Shown in pieces: positions 31,558-39,037 of a stretch of DNA of 64,000 bases (position 1 is its first letter; each line of letters opens with the position of its first letter). Both the position numbers and the translations under genes were made by a program. The DNA is from an uncultured Muribaculaceae bacterium (lineage in GTDB: Bacteria > Bacteroidota > Bacteroidia > Bacteroidales > Muribaculaceae). The stretch covers positions 8,142 through 72,141 of the forward strand of contig CAJUPZ010000013.1 of assembly GCA_910588065.1 (NCBI GenBank), written 5' to 3'. The notes under the pieces are model-generated. The model made no database searches, was not told where the DNA came from, and worked only from the letters and a program-made list of their open reading frames with translations.

Positions 31558-32265
31558 ATGACCACTACTTCCGATAACGCAAGCAATGCAGAGAAGCTTC
31601 TTATTGTCGATGCCGACAAGATGATGTGCGAACTGCTGCAATACAAATTTGAGAACGAGGGTTTTGCCGTGAGTCTCGCTCATGACAAAGCCTCCGCCTC
31701 TGCTATGCCCCTCGGTGAATACCAGATTTTCCTGATTGACCTTATGGATGCCGATGCCACCGGCATAAGATTTGTCAAGGAACTGCGCAAGAACAATGAC
31801 ACCCGCAATACTCCTATTATTATAATGTCGGCCCAGGATGGGGAGGATACTGTTGTCGACGCCCTCGGTGCAGGTGCCGACGACTATATTGCAAAGCCTT
31901 TCTCAACCCGTATTCTCGTTGCCCGCATCAGGTCGATTCTCCGTCGTCGCAGAATGGTGTCCGCGCGCCGTATGAGCAACATAATGAACTACAAAAACCT
32001 CTCTGTCGACCTTACAAACGCCACTGTCACCGTAGATGGCTCAACTATATCGCTCACACGCACCGAATATCTGATTCTCGCAATGTTCCTGCGCCATAGA
32101 AACCAGTTTTTTGACCGTGCGGAGATTATCCACGAGGCATGGGAGGATGACATAAGCTCCGAGAGGGCTGTGGACACTAATATTTCCCGCCTTAGAAAGA
32201 AAATCGGCGAATATGGCCGGCAGATTATAAACCGTCAGGGATTCGGCTACGGATTCGTTGACTGA
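31558..32265 (+). CDS. response regulator transcription factor (OmpR/winged-helix type), no adjacent kinase
   Basis: Receiver domain (LLIVDAD..., [16 protein letters not shown]) plus a winged-helix output domain ([13 protein letters not shown]...[12 protein letters not shown]). Confidence 0.85.
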   Translation: MTTTSDNASNAEKLLIVDADKMMCELLQYKFENEGFAVSLAHDKASASAMPLGEYQIFLIDLMDADATGIRFVKELRKNNDTRNTPIIIMSAQDGEDTVVDALGAGADDYIAKPFSTRILVARIRSILRRRRMVSARRMSNIMNYKNLSVDLTNATVTVDGSTISLTRTEYLILAMFLRHRNQFFDRAEIIHEAWEDDISSERAVDTNISRLRKKIGEYGRQIINRQGFGYGFVD

Positions 32266-32282
32266 TACACCTAATAATTATA

Positions 32283-32882
32283 ATGGGCAGACAACCTTCA
32301 TCTCCGCTACCGGCGTGCTACCTTTCCGGCGTTCATGAAGCCGGTTGCGACGAGGCCGGAAGAGGTTGCCTTGCAGGCGCTGTTTACGCAGCCGCCGTGA
32401 TTTTGCCGGACGATTTCAGCCACCCGTTGCTCAACGACTCGAAACAGCTCACTGAAAAGCAGCGTCAGTCACTGCGCCCGGTTATTGAATCAAACGCCAT
32501 AGCATGGGCCGTGGCAACAGTGTCGGCTCAGGAAATAGACGAGATAAACATTCTCCGGGCATCTATCCTTGCAATGCACCGCGCCCTTGACGCACTGACA
32601 ACCAGGCCGCAGCACATCATTGTGGACGGCAACAGGTTTTCTCCTTACGCCGATATCCCTCATCTCACAATAGTGAAAGGCGATGGCAAATATGCGAATA
32701 TAGCTGCCGCCTCAGTGCTCGCCAAGACCCACCGCGATGAAGCCATGACTCTGCTGGCTGAGCAATATCCGCAATACGGCTGGGATGTCAACAAGGGCTA
32801 TCCCACTGTAGCACACCGCGCGGCCATTGCGCAATATGGGCCGAGCCCTCTGCACCGCATCTCATTCAAGCTCCTGCCCTGA
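32283..32882 (+). CDS. rnhB: ribonuclease HII
   Basis: [19 protein letters not shown] and VDGN...ASVLAK motifs. Confidence 0.93.
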   Translation: MGRQPSSPLPACYLSGVHEAGCDEAGRGCLAGAVYAAAVILPDDFSHPLLNDSKQLTEKQRQSLRPVIESNAIAWAVATVSAQEIDEINILRASILAMHRALDALTTRPQHIIVDGNRFSPYADIPHLTIVKGDGKYANIAAASVLAKTHRDEAMTLLAEQYPQYGWDVNKGYPTVAHRAAIAQYGPSPLHRISFKLLP

Positions 32883-32891
32883 GCCGGCACC

Positions 32892-33767
32892 TTAACGGCT
32901 CAGGTGCTCACGCACAATCTCGGATATGGCGGCTATCATAGCCTCTGTGTCGGCTATTGGTTTTGGGGAGTCCGCTACAAATACAGCAATGGTATATGCT
33001 TTGCCGTCAGGCAATTCAATATATGCTACATCGTTGACTGCTGTCAGGCGGCCGAGCGCATCAGTATCGCCTGTGCCTGTCTTGTGTCCTATCAGGGTGC
33101 CCTCCTCGAACTGTGCGCCGGGAATACGCCCTGTGCCGGTGCCGCACATCTCAAGATTCTGCTTCACCACAGCCATCTCCGGCGATGTTGAGGCTATGTG
33201 CTTGTAAAAGGCATCCATGAATCTTGCCATGCCCAGGGGAGTGGTACTGTTTAGAGCGCACAGCGATGTGTCGGCGTGCATCTCCGCCTCTGTATGGCGG
33301 ATGTTTATATCATTGAATCCAAGCGACTTGACAAGAGAGTCGGCGTACGCCGGCGAGCCGGTCGTAGAAAACAGTATGTCGCAGGCGTTGTTATCGCTCA
33401 TCACCAGTGAATACTCCATCAGCTCCGCCGTTGAAAGTCGCAGGTTGACCCTGCCGTACCTTTCGCGCATCGGGCTGTAGGTGTCAGGCATCATTGCTGC
33501 CGAATCAATAGCTATGGAGTCTTCCAACGCTATATTATTGCGTGCGCAATAATCGGCGACAGCCACTGCCTGGGGAAACTTGAACACGCTCATCATCGGA
33601 AAACTCTCGCCGCCGTTGACAGCAAATGTGTCACTGCCGCATATCACGGCAATACCGATGTGGCAATCCTGCCCTGCAACATATTGCTCCAGCGATGATT
33701 GTAAATCTCCGCCGCGGCTGCAGGCGCTCAGTATCGCCGCAGCTATAATGAAATACAGATACTTCAT
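32892..33767 (-). CDS. class A (A2 subclass, CfxA/CblA-like) beta-lactamase
   Basis: Lipoprotein-type signal (ILSAC), S-x-x-K (MMSVFKF), S-D-N (MSDNNACD), K-T-G (HKTGTG). Colinear with CfxA as I recall it (YPMMSVFK, QSDNNA, HKTGSG, NDVAYI). Confidence 0.85.
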   Translation of the reverse strand: MKYLYFIIAAAILSACSRGGDLQSSLEQYVAGQDCHIGIAVICGSDTFAVNGGESFPMMSVFKFPQAVAVADYCARNNIALEDSIAIDSAAMMPDTYSPMRERYGRVNLRLSTAELMEYSLVMSDNNACDILFSTTGSPAYADSLVKSLGFNDINIRHTEAEMHADTSLCALNSTTPLGMARFMDAFYKHIASTSPEMAVVKQNLEMCGTGTGRIPGAQFEEGTLIGHKTGTGDTDALGRLTAVNDVAYIELPDGKAYTIAVFVADSPKPIADTEAMIAAISEIVREHLSR

Positions 33768-33789
33768 GTCACGTTGTTTTTTTCTTACG

Positions 33790-33797
33790 CAAAATTA
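33790..33797 (-). promoter_or_regulatory. -7 promoter box for the beta-lactamase gene
   Basis: Minus strand TAATTTTG, 22 nt before ATG 33767. Confidence 0.6.
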
Positions 33798-33825
33798 CTC
33801 AAAATAGAAGCACTGCAGAAGTCTG

Positions 33826-36264
33826 TCATATAAAAAGATTCAGATTGGCATCCTCGGTCCGGTTCATATAGGTAGCAACGCCACCCACAGTCACCTCATC
33901 AAGTAACTCCTCACGGCTGACACCCATCACATCCATCGACATCTGGCAGGCTATGAATTCCACGCCATTTTTCACGGCTGCGTCGCGGAGTTCCTCAAGA
34001 GAGGCCACATTCTTATTCTTCATGATGTGGCGCATCATGCGGCTGCCTATACCGAACATATTCATTTTCGACAGTTTCAGCGAGGTTGAGCCGGAGGGGA
34101 GCATCATGGAGAACATCCTGCCGAAAATGTCTTTTTTTACTTTGGGCTTGTTCTGTTTCTTGATGGCATTCAGCCCCCAGAATGTGAAGAAGATAGTAAC
34201 CTTTTCGCCGGTGGCGGCGGCTCCGTTTGCGAGCACAAATGTTGCAAGAGCCTTGTCAAGGTCATCACTGAACAGCACAAATGTCTTTCCCTTGCCGGGT
34301 GCGGTGGGTTGTGCGGTTTCAGTTCCGTTTCCGGGTTCAACAACGATACGGTATCTGCCGCCCTTTGTCTCTGCCGATACAAATTTGTTGCCGGTAGAAT
34401 TGCACCACGACTCAGCATCGCGGGCAAAACCGGGATCTGTGGCGGTGATTTCTATGGTTTCTCCGGCCTTTGAGGTGTCTATAGCCTCTTTGAGTTTCAT
34501 GATGGGGCCGGGGCAGGCGAGCCCGCAGGCATCGATGCGTCTGGAGGGGGTGGACTCTGATTCTACCGGCTGTTTTGTCTCTTTCGGGGCGGCTCCGGAT
34601 TGCTCCGGGGCTGCCACTGGCAAAGTGGCGGCACGATAGGTTTTGATACCCCCTATCAGGTTTGAAACATCGCCGAAACCGTTCATGCGCAGTATGTTGG
34701 ATGCAAGATAGCCGCGCAGTCCCACCCCGCAATACACAACCACAGGTTTATCCCGACGTATATCATTCAGATGGTTGCGGATATCATCCAACGGCACATT
34801 CACCGCTCCCGCCAGCGCTCCGGCAGAGAATTCCATAGGGGTGCGCACATCTATCAGTGTGAATTCGTCCGCGGAGGCATCCCTCACCCGCCGCCAGTAT
34901 ATCGGTTTCATTTTGCCTGACAGTATGTTGCATGCAACATATCCGGCCATCGCAACAGGGTCTTTCGCAGATGAGTAGGGCGGGGCGTAAGCGTGCTCTG
35001 TCCGGGTAAGGTCCTCCACTGTACCACCGGCTTTTATCACCTGAGCCAGAAGGTCTATCCGCTTGTCAACACCTTCATAACCTACAATCTGCGCTCCAAG
35101 AAGCTTGCCGGTGCCGGGCGAGAACACCACCTTTATTGTCATCGGCAGCGCATCAGGGTAGTAGCTTGCATGAGACATCGGATGGATTGTTGCTGTCAGA
35201 TAGTCTATCCCCTCCTTTTTGAGACGTTTGGCGGGAATGCCGGTGGCGGCTACTGTCAGGTCGAATACCTTGGCGACCGAGGTGCCGATTGCACCTTCGT
35301 AGGCAGCAGTGTTGCCGAGCACCATATTGTCAGCGACAATCCTCGCCTGACGGTTTGCAGGTCCGGCGAGATAATTAAGCCAGGTGTTTCCAAGCACCGG
35401 ATGGGTGAACTCTATGGCATCGCCCACTGCATAGATGCTGCTGTCCGAGGTGCGCAGGTACTCATCCACCTTTATGCCGCGCATAGGACCGGTTTCAAGG
35501 CCCGCAGCTGTTGCAAGCCCGGTGTTGGGGCGCACTCCGATAGAGAGTATTACCATATCTACGGAAAGAGTGCGGCCGTCTGAAAGCCTTATCTCTATTT
35601 CATTTCCTTTCTTTGTGAAAGATTCCACAGCTGTGTCGAGATACAGGTTCACACCATTCTCCTGAAGGTGCGAGTGTACAATCTGCGCCATGGAAAAATC
35701 TATCGGTCCCATCACCTGGGGCGCCATCTCGATCACAGCGACCTCGGAGCCTGTATGTCTGAGATTCTCGGCCATTTCAAGGCCTATGAAGCCACCCCCC
35801 ACTATCGCAGCCCGCTTAACGCCGCCGCTTGCAACACGCGCTTTTATCACATCGGTATCCTCGACGCTGCGCAGTGTATACACTCCCTCGGTGTCTATTC
35901 CCGGAAGTGGAGGCCGCACCGGTGAGGCGCCCGGTGAGAGCAGAAGCTTGTCATAGCTTTCATCGTATGTATCGCCTGCGGCGGTGCGTACTCTCACCCT
36001 TTTGTTCTGCCGGTCTATCGCAATCACCTTCGAATTAACCCTCACATCGATATTGAAGCGCGTGCCGAAACCTTCGGGAGTCTGCACAAGAAGTTTCTCT
36101 CGCTCTGCGATAGTGCCCCCGATGTAGTAAGGCAGGCCACAGTTGGCATACGATATATACCCCCCTTTCTCAAAAAGGATTATTTCAGCATCTTCAGTCA
36201 GCCTTCTCATTCTGGCAGCCGCGGTAGCTCCGCCGGCCACACCGCCTATTATAAGATATTTCAT
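33826..36264 (-). CDS. CoA-disulfide reductase-like flavoprotein fused to rhodanese, TusA-like and DsrE/F-like domains
   Basis: The start is the internal ATG 36262-36264 (MKYLIIGGVAGGATAAAR). Redox Cys in YISYANCGLPYY, rhodanese loop VVVYCGVGLRGY, TusA motif CGLACPGPIMKLKE, and a DsrE-like tail KTFVLFSDDLDKA...FFTFWGLN. Confidence 0.8.
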   Translation of the reverse strand: MKYLIIGGVAGGATAAARMRRLTEDAEIILFEKGGYISYANCGLPYYIGGTIAEREKLLVQTPEGFGTRFNIDVRVNSKVIAIDRQNKRVRVRTAAGDTYDESYDKLLLSPGASPVRPPLPGIDTEGVYTLRSVEDTDVIKARVASGGVKRAAIVGGGFIGLEMAENLRHTGSEVAVIEMAPQVMGPIDFSMAQIVHSHLQENGVNLYLDTAVESFTKKGNEIEIRLSDGRTLSVDMVILSIGVRPNTGLATAAGLETGPMRGIKVDEYLRTSDSSIYAVGDAIEFTHPVLGNTWLNYLAGPANRQARIVADNMVLGNTAAYEGAIGTSVAKVFDLTVAATGIPAKRLKKEGIDYLTATIHPMSHASYYPDALPMTIKVVFSPGTGKLLGAQIVGYEGVDKRIDLLAQVIKAGGTVEDLTRTEHAYAPPYSSAKDPVAMAGYVACNILSGKMKPIYWRRVRDASADEFTLIDVRTPMEFSAGALAGAVNVPLDDIRNHLNDIRRDKPVVVYCGVGLRGYLASNILRMNGFGDVSNLIGGIKTYRAATLPVAAPEQSGAAPKETKQPVESESTPSRRIDACGLACPGPIMKLKEAIDTSKAGETIEITATDPGFARDAESWCNSTGNKFVSAETKGGRYRIVVEPGNGTETAQPTAPGKGKTFVLFSDDLDKALATFVLANGAAATGEKVTIFFTFWGLNAIKKQNKPKVKKDIFGRMFSMMLPSGSTSLKLSKMNMFGIGSRMMRHIMKNKNVASLEELRDAAVKNGVEFIACQMSMDVMGVSREELLDEVTVGGVATYMNRTEDANLNLFI

Positions 36265-36290
36265 ATTGTATCGGTTGTTGTTATTTTTTG

Positions 36291-36298
36291 CAAAGATA
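36291..36298 (-). promoter_or_regulatory. -7 promoter box for the CoADR-fusion gene
   Basis: Minus strand TATCTTTG, 26 nt before ATG 36264. Confidence 0.6.
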
Positions 36299-36332
36299 GC
36301 CGCCATATCATAGACCGGCAAATGATTTTCGC

Positions 36333-36340
36333 TATCTTTG
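36333..36340 (+). promoter_or_regulatory. -7 promoter box for the LysR gene
   Basis: TATCTTTG, 20 nt before ATG 36361. Back-to-back with the divergent box, 34 nt apart. Confidence 0.6.
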
Positions 36341-36360
36341 CATAGACAAAAACTATTGAT

Positions 36361-37287
36361 ATGACCCTCCAGCAGCTGAAATACCTTGTAGCGATAGACA
36401 GCTACCGCAGTTTTGCCCTCGCCGCACAAGCTCTTGATGTCACACAGCCCACCCTCAGCTCCATGATCAGCAAGCTTGAGGAGGAGCTGGATGTAAGGCT
36501 TTTCGACCGCTCAAGCCGAAAAGTCACCACCACCTCCATCGGTAAGGATATTGTGCGTCAGGCCCGGCAGATAATCATGGAGGCTGGCCGGATTAACGAA
36601 ATGGTGAGTGAGAGCAAAGGTGAGATTTCCGGCCCGCTCAAGCTTGCAGTTGGCCCCAGCATCGCCCCATATATTTTGCCGCTCTTTATCAAAACATATA
36701 TGGAGGATTACCCGCAGGTTCAGCTCGCCATAGAGGAGATGAGGCCCGGAGCAATGATCGCGTCACTGGAAAAGGGCGACCTGGACGCAGCCATTGCCAC
36801 AACCGGCCATATCTGTACAGGCATATTTGAGATACCGCTGTACACAGAGCGTTTTTATGTATATCTCTCGGAGGAGTGCAGCCATAAAATCAAAGATTTC
36901 AACCCCGATGCGCTTGAGCATGAGCATTTATGGGTGATGAAGGATGTGAGGTGTCTGCGCGAGAGTGCTTTCAGCTTCTGCAGGGCGCGAGCAGCCGGTC
37001 ATCAGGTATATGAAGCCGGAAACATCGACACACTGATAAGGATTGTAGACACCAACGGTGGCTATACAATCATACCGGAAATGCACCTGCCCATGCTCTC
37101 GGAACCACAGATGCGCAATGTCAGGAACATTGATGGCAACCACCTGTCTTTCAGAAAAGTGTCGATGTACATAAGGGCTGACTATGTCAGGGAGAGGATG
37201 CTCAACACAATCATAGACACCCTGAAAAAAATCATGCCGCGCGGCATGATGAATCCCTCCCTCCTCAATAACACCATCCGCCTCTAA
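36361..37287 (+). CDS. LysR family transcriptional regulator (OxyR-like)
   Basis: N-terminal HTH MTLQQLKYLVAIDSYRSFALAAQALDVTQPTLSSMISKLE. Divergent from the flavoprotein gene across a 96-bp spacer. Confidence 0.8.
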   Translation: MTLQQLKYLVAIDSYRSFALAAQALDVTQPTLSSMISKLEEELDVRLFDRSSRKVTTTSIGKDIVRQARQIIMEAGRINEMVSESKGEISGPLKLAVGPSIAPYILPLFIKTYMEDYPQVQLAIEEMRPGAMIASLEKGDLDAAIATTGHICTGIFEIPLYTERFYVYLSEECSHKIKDFNPDALEHEHLWVMKDVRCLRESAFSFCRARAAGHQVYEAGNIDTLIRIVDTNGGYTIIPEMHLPMLSEPQMRNVRNIDGNHLSFRKVSMYIRADYVRERMLNTIIDTLKKIMPRGMMNPSLLNNTIRL

Positions 37288-37294
37288 TCCCCTC
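37285..37294 (+). repeat. 10-nt inverted repeat TAATCCCCTC (left arm, includes the LysR stop codon)
   Basis: TAATCCCCTC at 37285-37294. The reverse complement GAGGGGATTA lies at 37847-37856 and includes the stop of the convergent regulator gene. Confidence 0.6.
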
Positions 37295-37349
37295 TCCACA
37301 CTGAGCCACGCGAGAAGGGATGCTATTGATTATGAGTCATTTTAGGTCT

Positions 37350-37421
37350 GGTACCTCCGGCACCATCTTAGTGGGTAGGACTGCTCTCCCCGCACTTCGT
37401 ACGGGGATAACAAGATAAGCG
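37350..37421 (+). repeat. mosaic repeat module A, copy 1 (72 bp)
   Basis: GGTACCTCCGGCACCAT ... hairpin TCCCCG/CGGGGA ... TAACAAGATAAGCG. The termini match copies 2 and 3. Confidence 0.8.
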
Positions 37422-37505
37422 AGCCTAAGGCTCTATATTACCCACCCGCCATGTAGGGGCGCCGATATATCGCGCCCTCATCATCCCACCGCCCTTATGT
37501 TATAG

Positions 37506-37527
37506 GGCGTCGGAGACACCTGAGCGC
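37506..37527 (-). repeat. inverted copy of the GCGCTCAGACGTCTCCGACGCC module of the tandem array
   Basis: The reverse complement GCGCTCAGGTGTCTCCGACGCC matches 48929-48950, 49159-49180 and 49429-49450 at 20/22 positions. Confidence 0.7.
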
Positions 37528-37536
37528 CCGGAGGGA

Positions 37537-37608
37537 GCGATTATCTTGTTAGCCGCACACACAGTGTGCGGATTATCAGCCTATTACCCAAATGGTGCCG
37601 GAGGTACC
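37537..37608 (-). repeat. mosaic repeat module A, copy 2 (72 bp, inverted)
   Basis: The reverse complement reads GGTACCTCCGGCACCAT...TGATAATCCGCACACTgtgTGTGCGG CTAACAAGATAATCGC. It matches copy 3 at 64/72 positions by hand alignment. Confidence 0.85.
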
Positions 37609-37662
37609 ACATTTGGCACACACTCAGGGGTGATGTCATGGTATACGCCTTTGATTTTTATA

Positions 37663-37767
37663 ACATCGCCTCTCACGAGGCTCAGAAAAGAGGGGGATCT
37701 CACCACACCCCGGGCCTCGCGCTGTGCGCTTGTGCCGGGGATATCCATGACTTCGCGCATCCTGCGC
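37663..37767 (+). repeat. mosaic repeat modules B + C (single copy of the array core)
   Basis: ACATCGCCTCTCACGAGGCTCAGAAAAGAGGGGGATCTCACCACACCCCGGGCCTCGCGCTGTGCGCT, then ...CCATGACTTCGCGCATCCTGCGCT. This is colinear with 49325-49432 (the third array unit), including the extra 38-nt segment. Confidence 0.8.
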
Positions 37768-37846
37768 TCCGGCCTCGCCGAGGCCATCATCTCTCCTCTC
37801 TCCTTCCTGCAACCACACTCTCCTGTCGTTACGGCTTATTAAGGGT

Positions 37847-37856
37847 GAGGGGATTA
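37847..37856 (-). repeat. 10-nt inverted repeat TAATCCCCTC (right arm, includes the regulator stop codon)
   Basis: The plus strand GAGGGGATTA is the reverse complement of 37285-37294. Confidence 0.6.
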
Positions 37857-38813
37857 CTGGTGGGGGTTGATTTCCTTGAGGTCGACAAGATTGTGGAGGA
37901 TGGCGAATATTGTAAGGCCGGCGGTGGAGTGTATGCCGAGCTTGGCACTGATGTTGCGGCGGTGGGTGGCAACGGTGTGAACCGAAAGGCACAGTTCGTC
38001 TGCAATCTCTTTGTTGGCCATTCCGCGCGCAACACACACTATGATATCCTTCTCCCTGTCGCCCAGAATATCCACTTGCGGTGCATCCTGAGGTTCTTCT
38101 GCCGCTGCCGGTTTACCGTTGTCGGTCAACTTTGTGCGCAGGCTCTGTTCCAGCCGCTCCACAGCGGGCACAAAAAGGGTGTTTTCCACCTGGAAATGAC
38201 TCATCAGGTCGCGGCCGCATATTATGATGTCAAACAGCACCCCGCTCAGTCTGATATTGTCCTTCATATTATAATGGTATATGAAGATATCCTTCAGTTC
38301 ATTGAGCTTGGTGGCCATGTTGTCGTGGTTGACAGAAAAACTCGCTATGCTGTAGTTTTCATCCACCTCGCCGGCAAGGAGACGCTCCACATAGCTGAAA
38401 ATCTCATTGTTCTCATGCTCCATGTGGCGCTTCACCTCATCCATGTAGTCATCGAAAAACTTCATCAGCAGAAACGACACCTCATTGCTGGCACCGTAAT
38501 TTATCGCCTCTATGAGATGATGGCGTATTTTGGGAAGGGTGACATCAAGAAAGGATGTGTGCGCCCGCTTGAGATAGCTCATGAGGGTGGGGAGGGATAT
38601 GTCCCGGTTGCGGTACTCATTGCCGCTGAGAAGGTTGCACACCGCAAGGAAAGTATCGGTGTCAACACCGTTTTTCTCACACACCTCGCGTATGGTGCTG
38701 TCACCGAAACCAAACGCTATGTCAAAGCGGCTGATTGCCATCAACAGCAGATTGTTGTCTATTATCAGCTCACGCATATTGTTGTGAGCACGGTATTCTC
38801 GCAGTTTTTCCAT
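37854..38813 (-). CDS. hemerythrin/RIC-like domain protein fused to a LuxR-type HTH (CdhR-like position next to hmu)
   Basis: The start is set at ATG 38811-38813 (MEKLREY...), 30 nt after a -7 box. HHE-like motifs HMEHENNEIF and LMSHFQVENTLFVP. C-terminal LuxR HTH REKDIIVCVARGMANKEIADELCLSVHTVATHRRNI. Confidence 0.75.
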   Translation of the reverse strand: MEKLREYRAHNNMRELIIDNNLLLMAISRFDIAFGFGDSTIREVCEKNGVDTDTFLAVCNLLSGNEYRNRDISLPTLMSYLKRAHTSFLDVTLPKIRHHLIEAINYGASNEVSFLLMKFFDDYMDEVKRHMEHENNEIFSYVERLLAGEVDENYSIASFSVNHDNMATKLNELKDIFIYHYNMKDNIRLSGVLFDIIICGRDLMSHFQVENTLFVPAVERLEQSLRTKLTDNGKPAAAEEPQDAPQVDILGDREKDIIVCVARGMANKEIADELCLSVHTVATHRRNISAKLGIHSTAGLTIFAILHNLVDLKEINPHQ

Positions 38814-38843
38814 CTTGATTTGCCGGGGGTAGATTTTCCCATG

Positions 38844-38851
38844 CAAAATTA
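38844..38851 (-). promoter_or_regulatory. -7 promoter box for the hemerythrin-LuxR regulator gene
   Basis: Minus strand TAATTTTG, 30 nt before ATG 38813. It lies inside the longer track ORF, which argues for the shorter start. Confidence 0.55.
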
Positions 38852-38988
38852 CAAATAGATTTTAATAAGCGGTATACTCATTTTTGACTAATGTGTGATG
38901 CCAAAACGGCACATTTGCCCATGCGTGTGCGGAAAAACACAGTGAAATACCACTATTTTTGAGTATTGCCGCGCCTCTGCGGCCTATG

Positions 38989-38996
38989 TAATTTTG
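38989..38996 (+). promoter_or_regulatory. -7 promoter box for the hmu operon
   Basis: TAATTTTG, 41 nt before ATG 39038. A second candidate, TATTTTTG, lies at 38954-38961. Confidence 0.5.
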
Positions 38997-39037
38997 CATC
39001 GGAAAAAGTAATAACCAAAACAATACTACCAACAATC

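Noticed and set aside
36265-36429. N-terminal 55-aa extension of the CoADR-fusion ORF, overlapping the LysR start
   Set aside because: The FAD-binding GxGxxG begins right after the internal ATG 36264. A -7 box at 36291-36298 lies inside the extension.
37566-38858. 430-aa plus-strand ORF
   Set aside because: It starts inside the repeat cluster and runs antisense through the hemerythrin-LuxR gene. It has no motifs, and the minus-strand gene has a proper promoter and recognisable domains.
38847-39037. Possible cobalamin or other riboswitch upstream of the TonB receptor/CobN-like locus
   Set aside because: No B12-box or other riboswitch core that I recognise is present. The region is short and is explained by two divergent promoters plus a small GCCGC..GCGGC hairpin.
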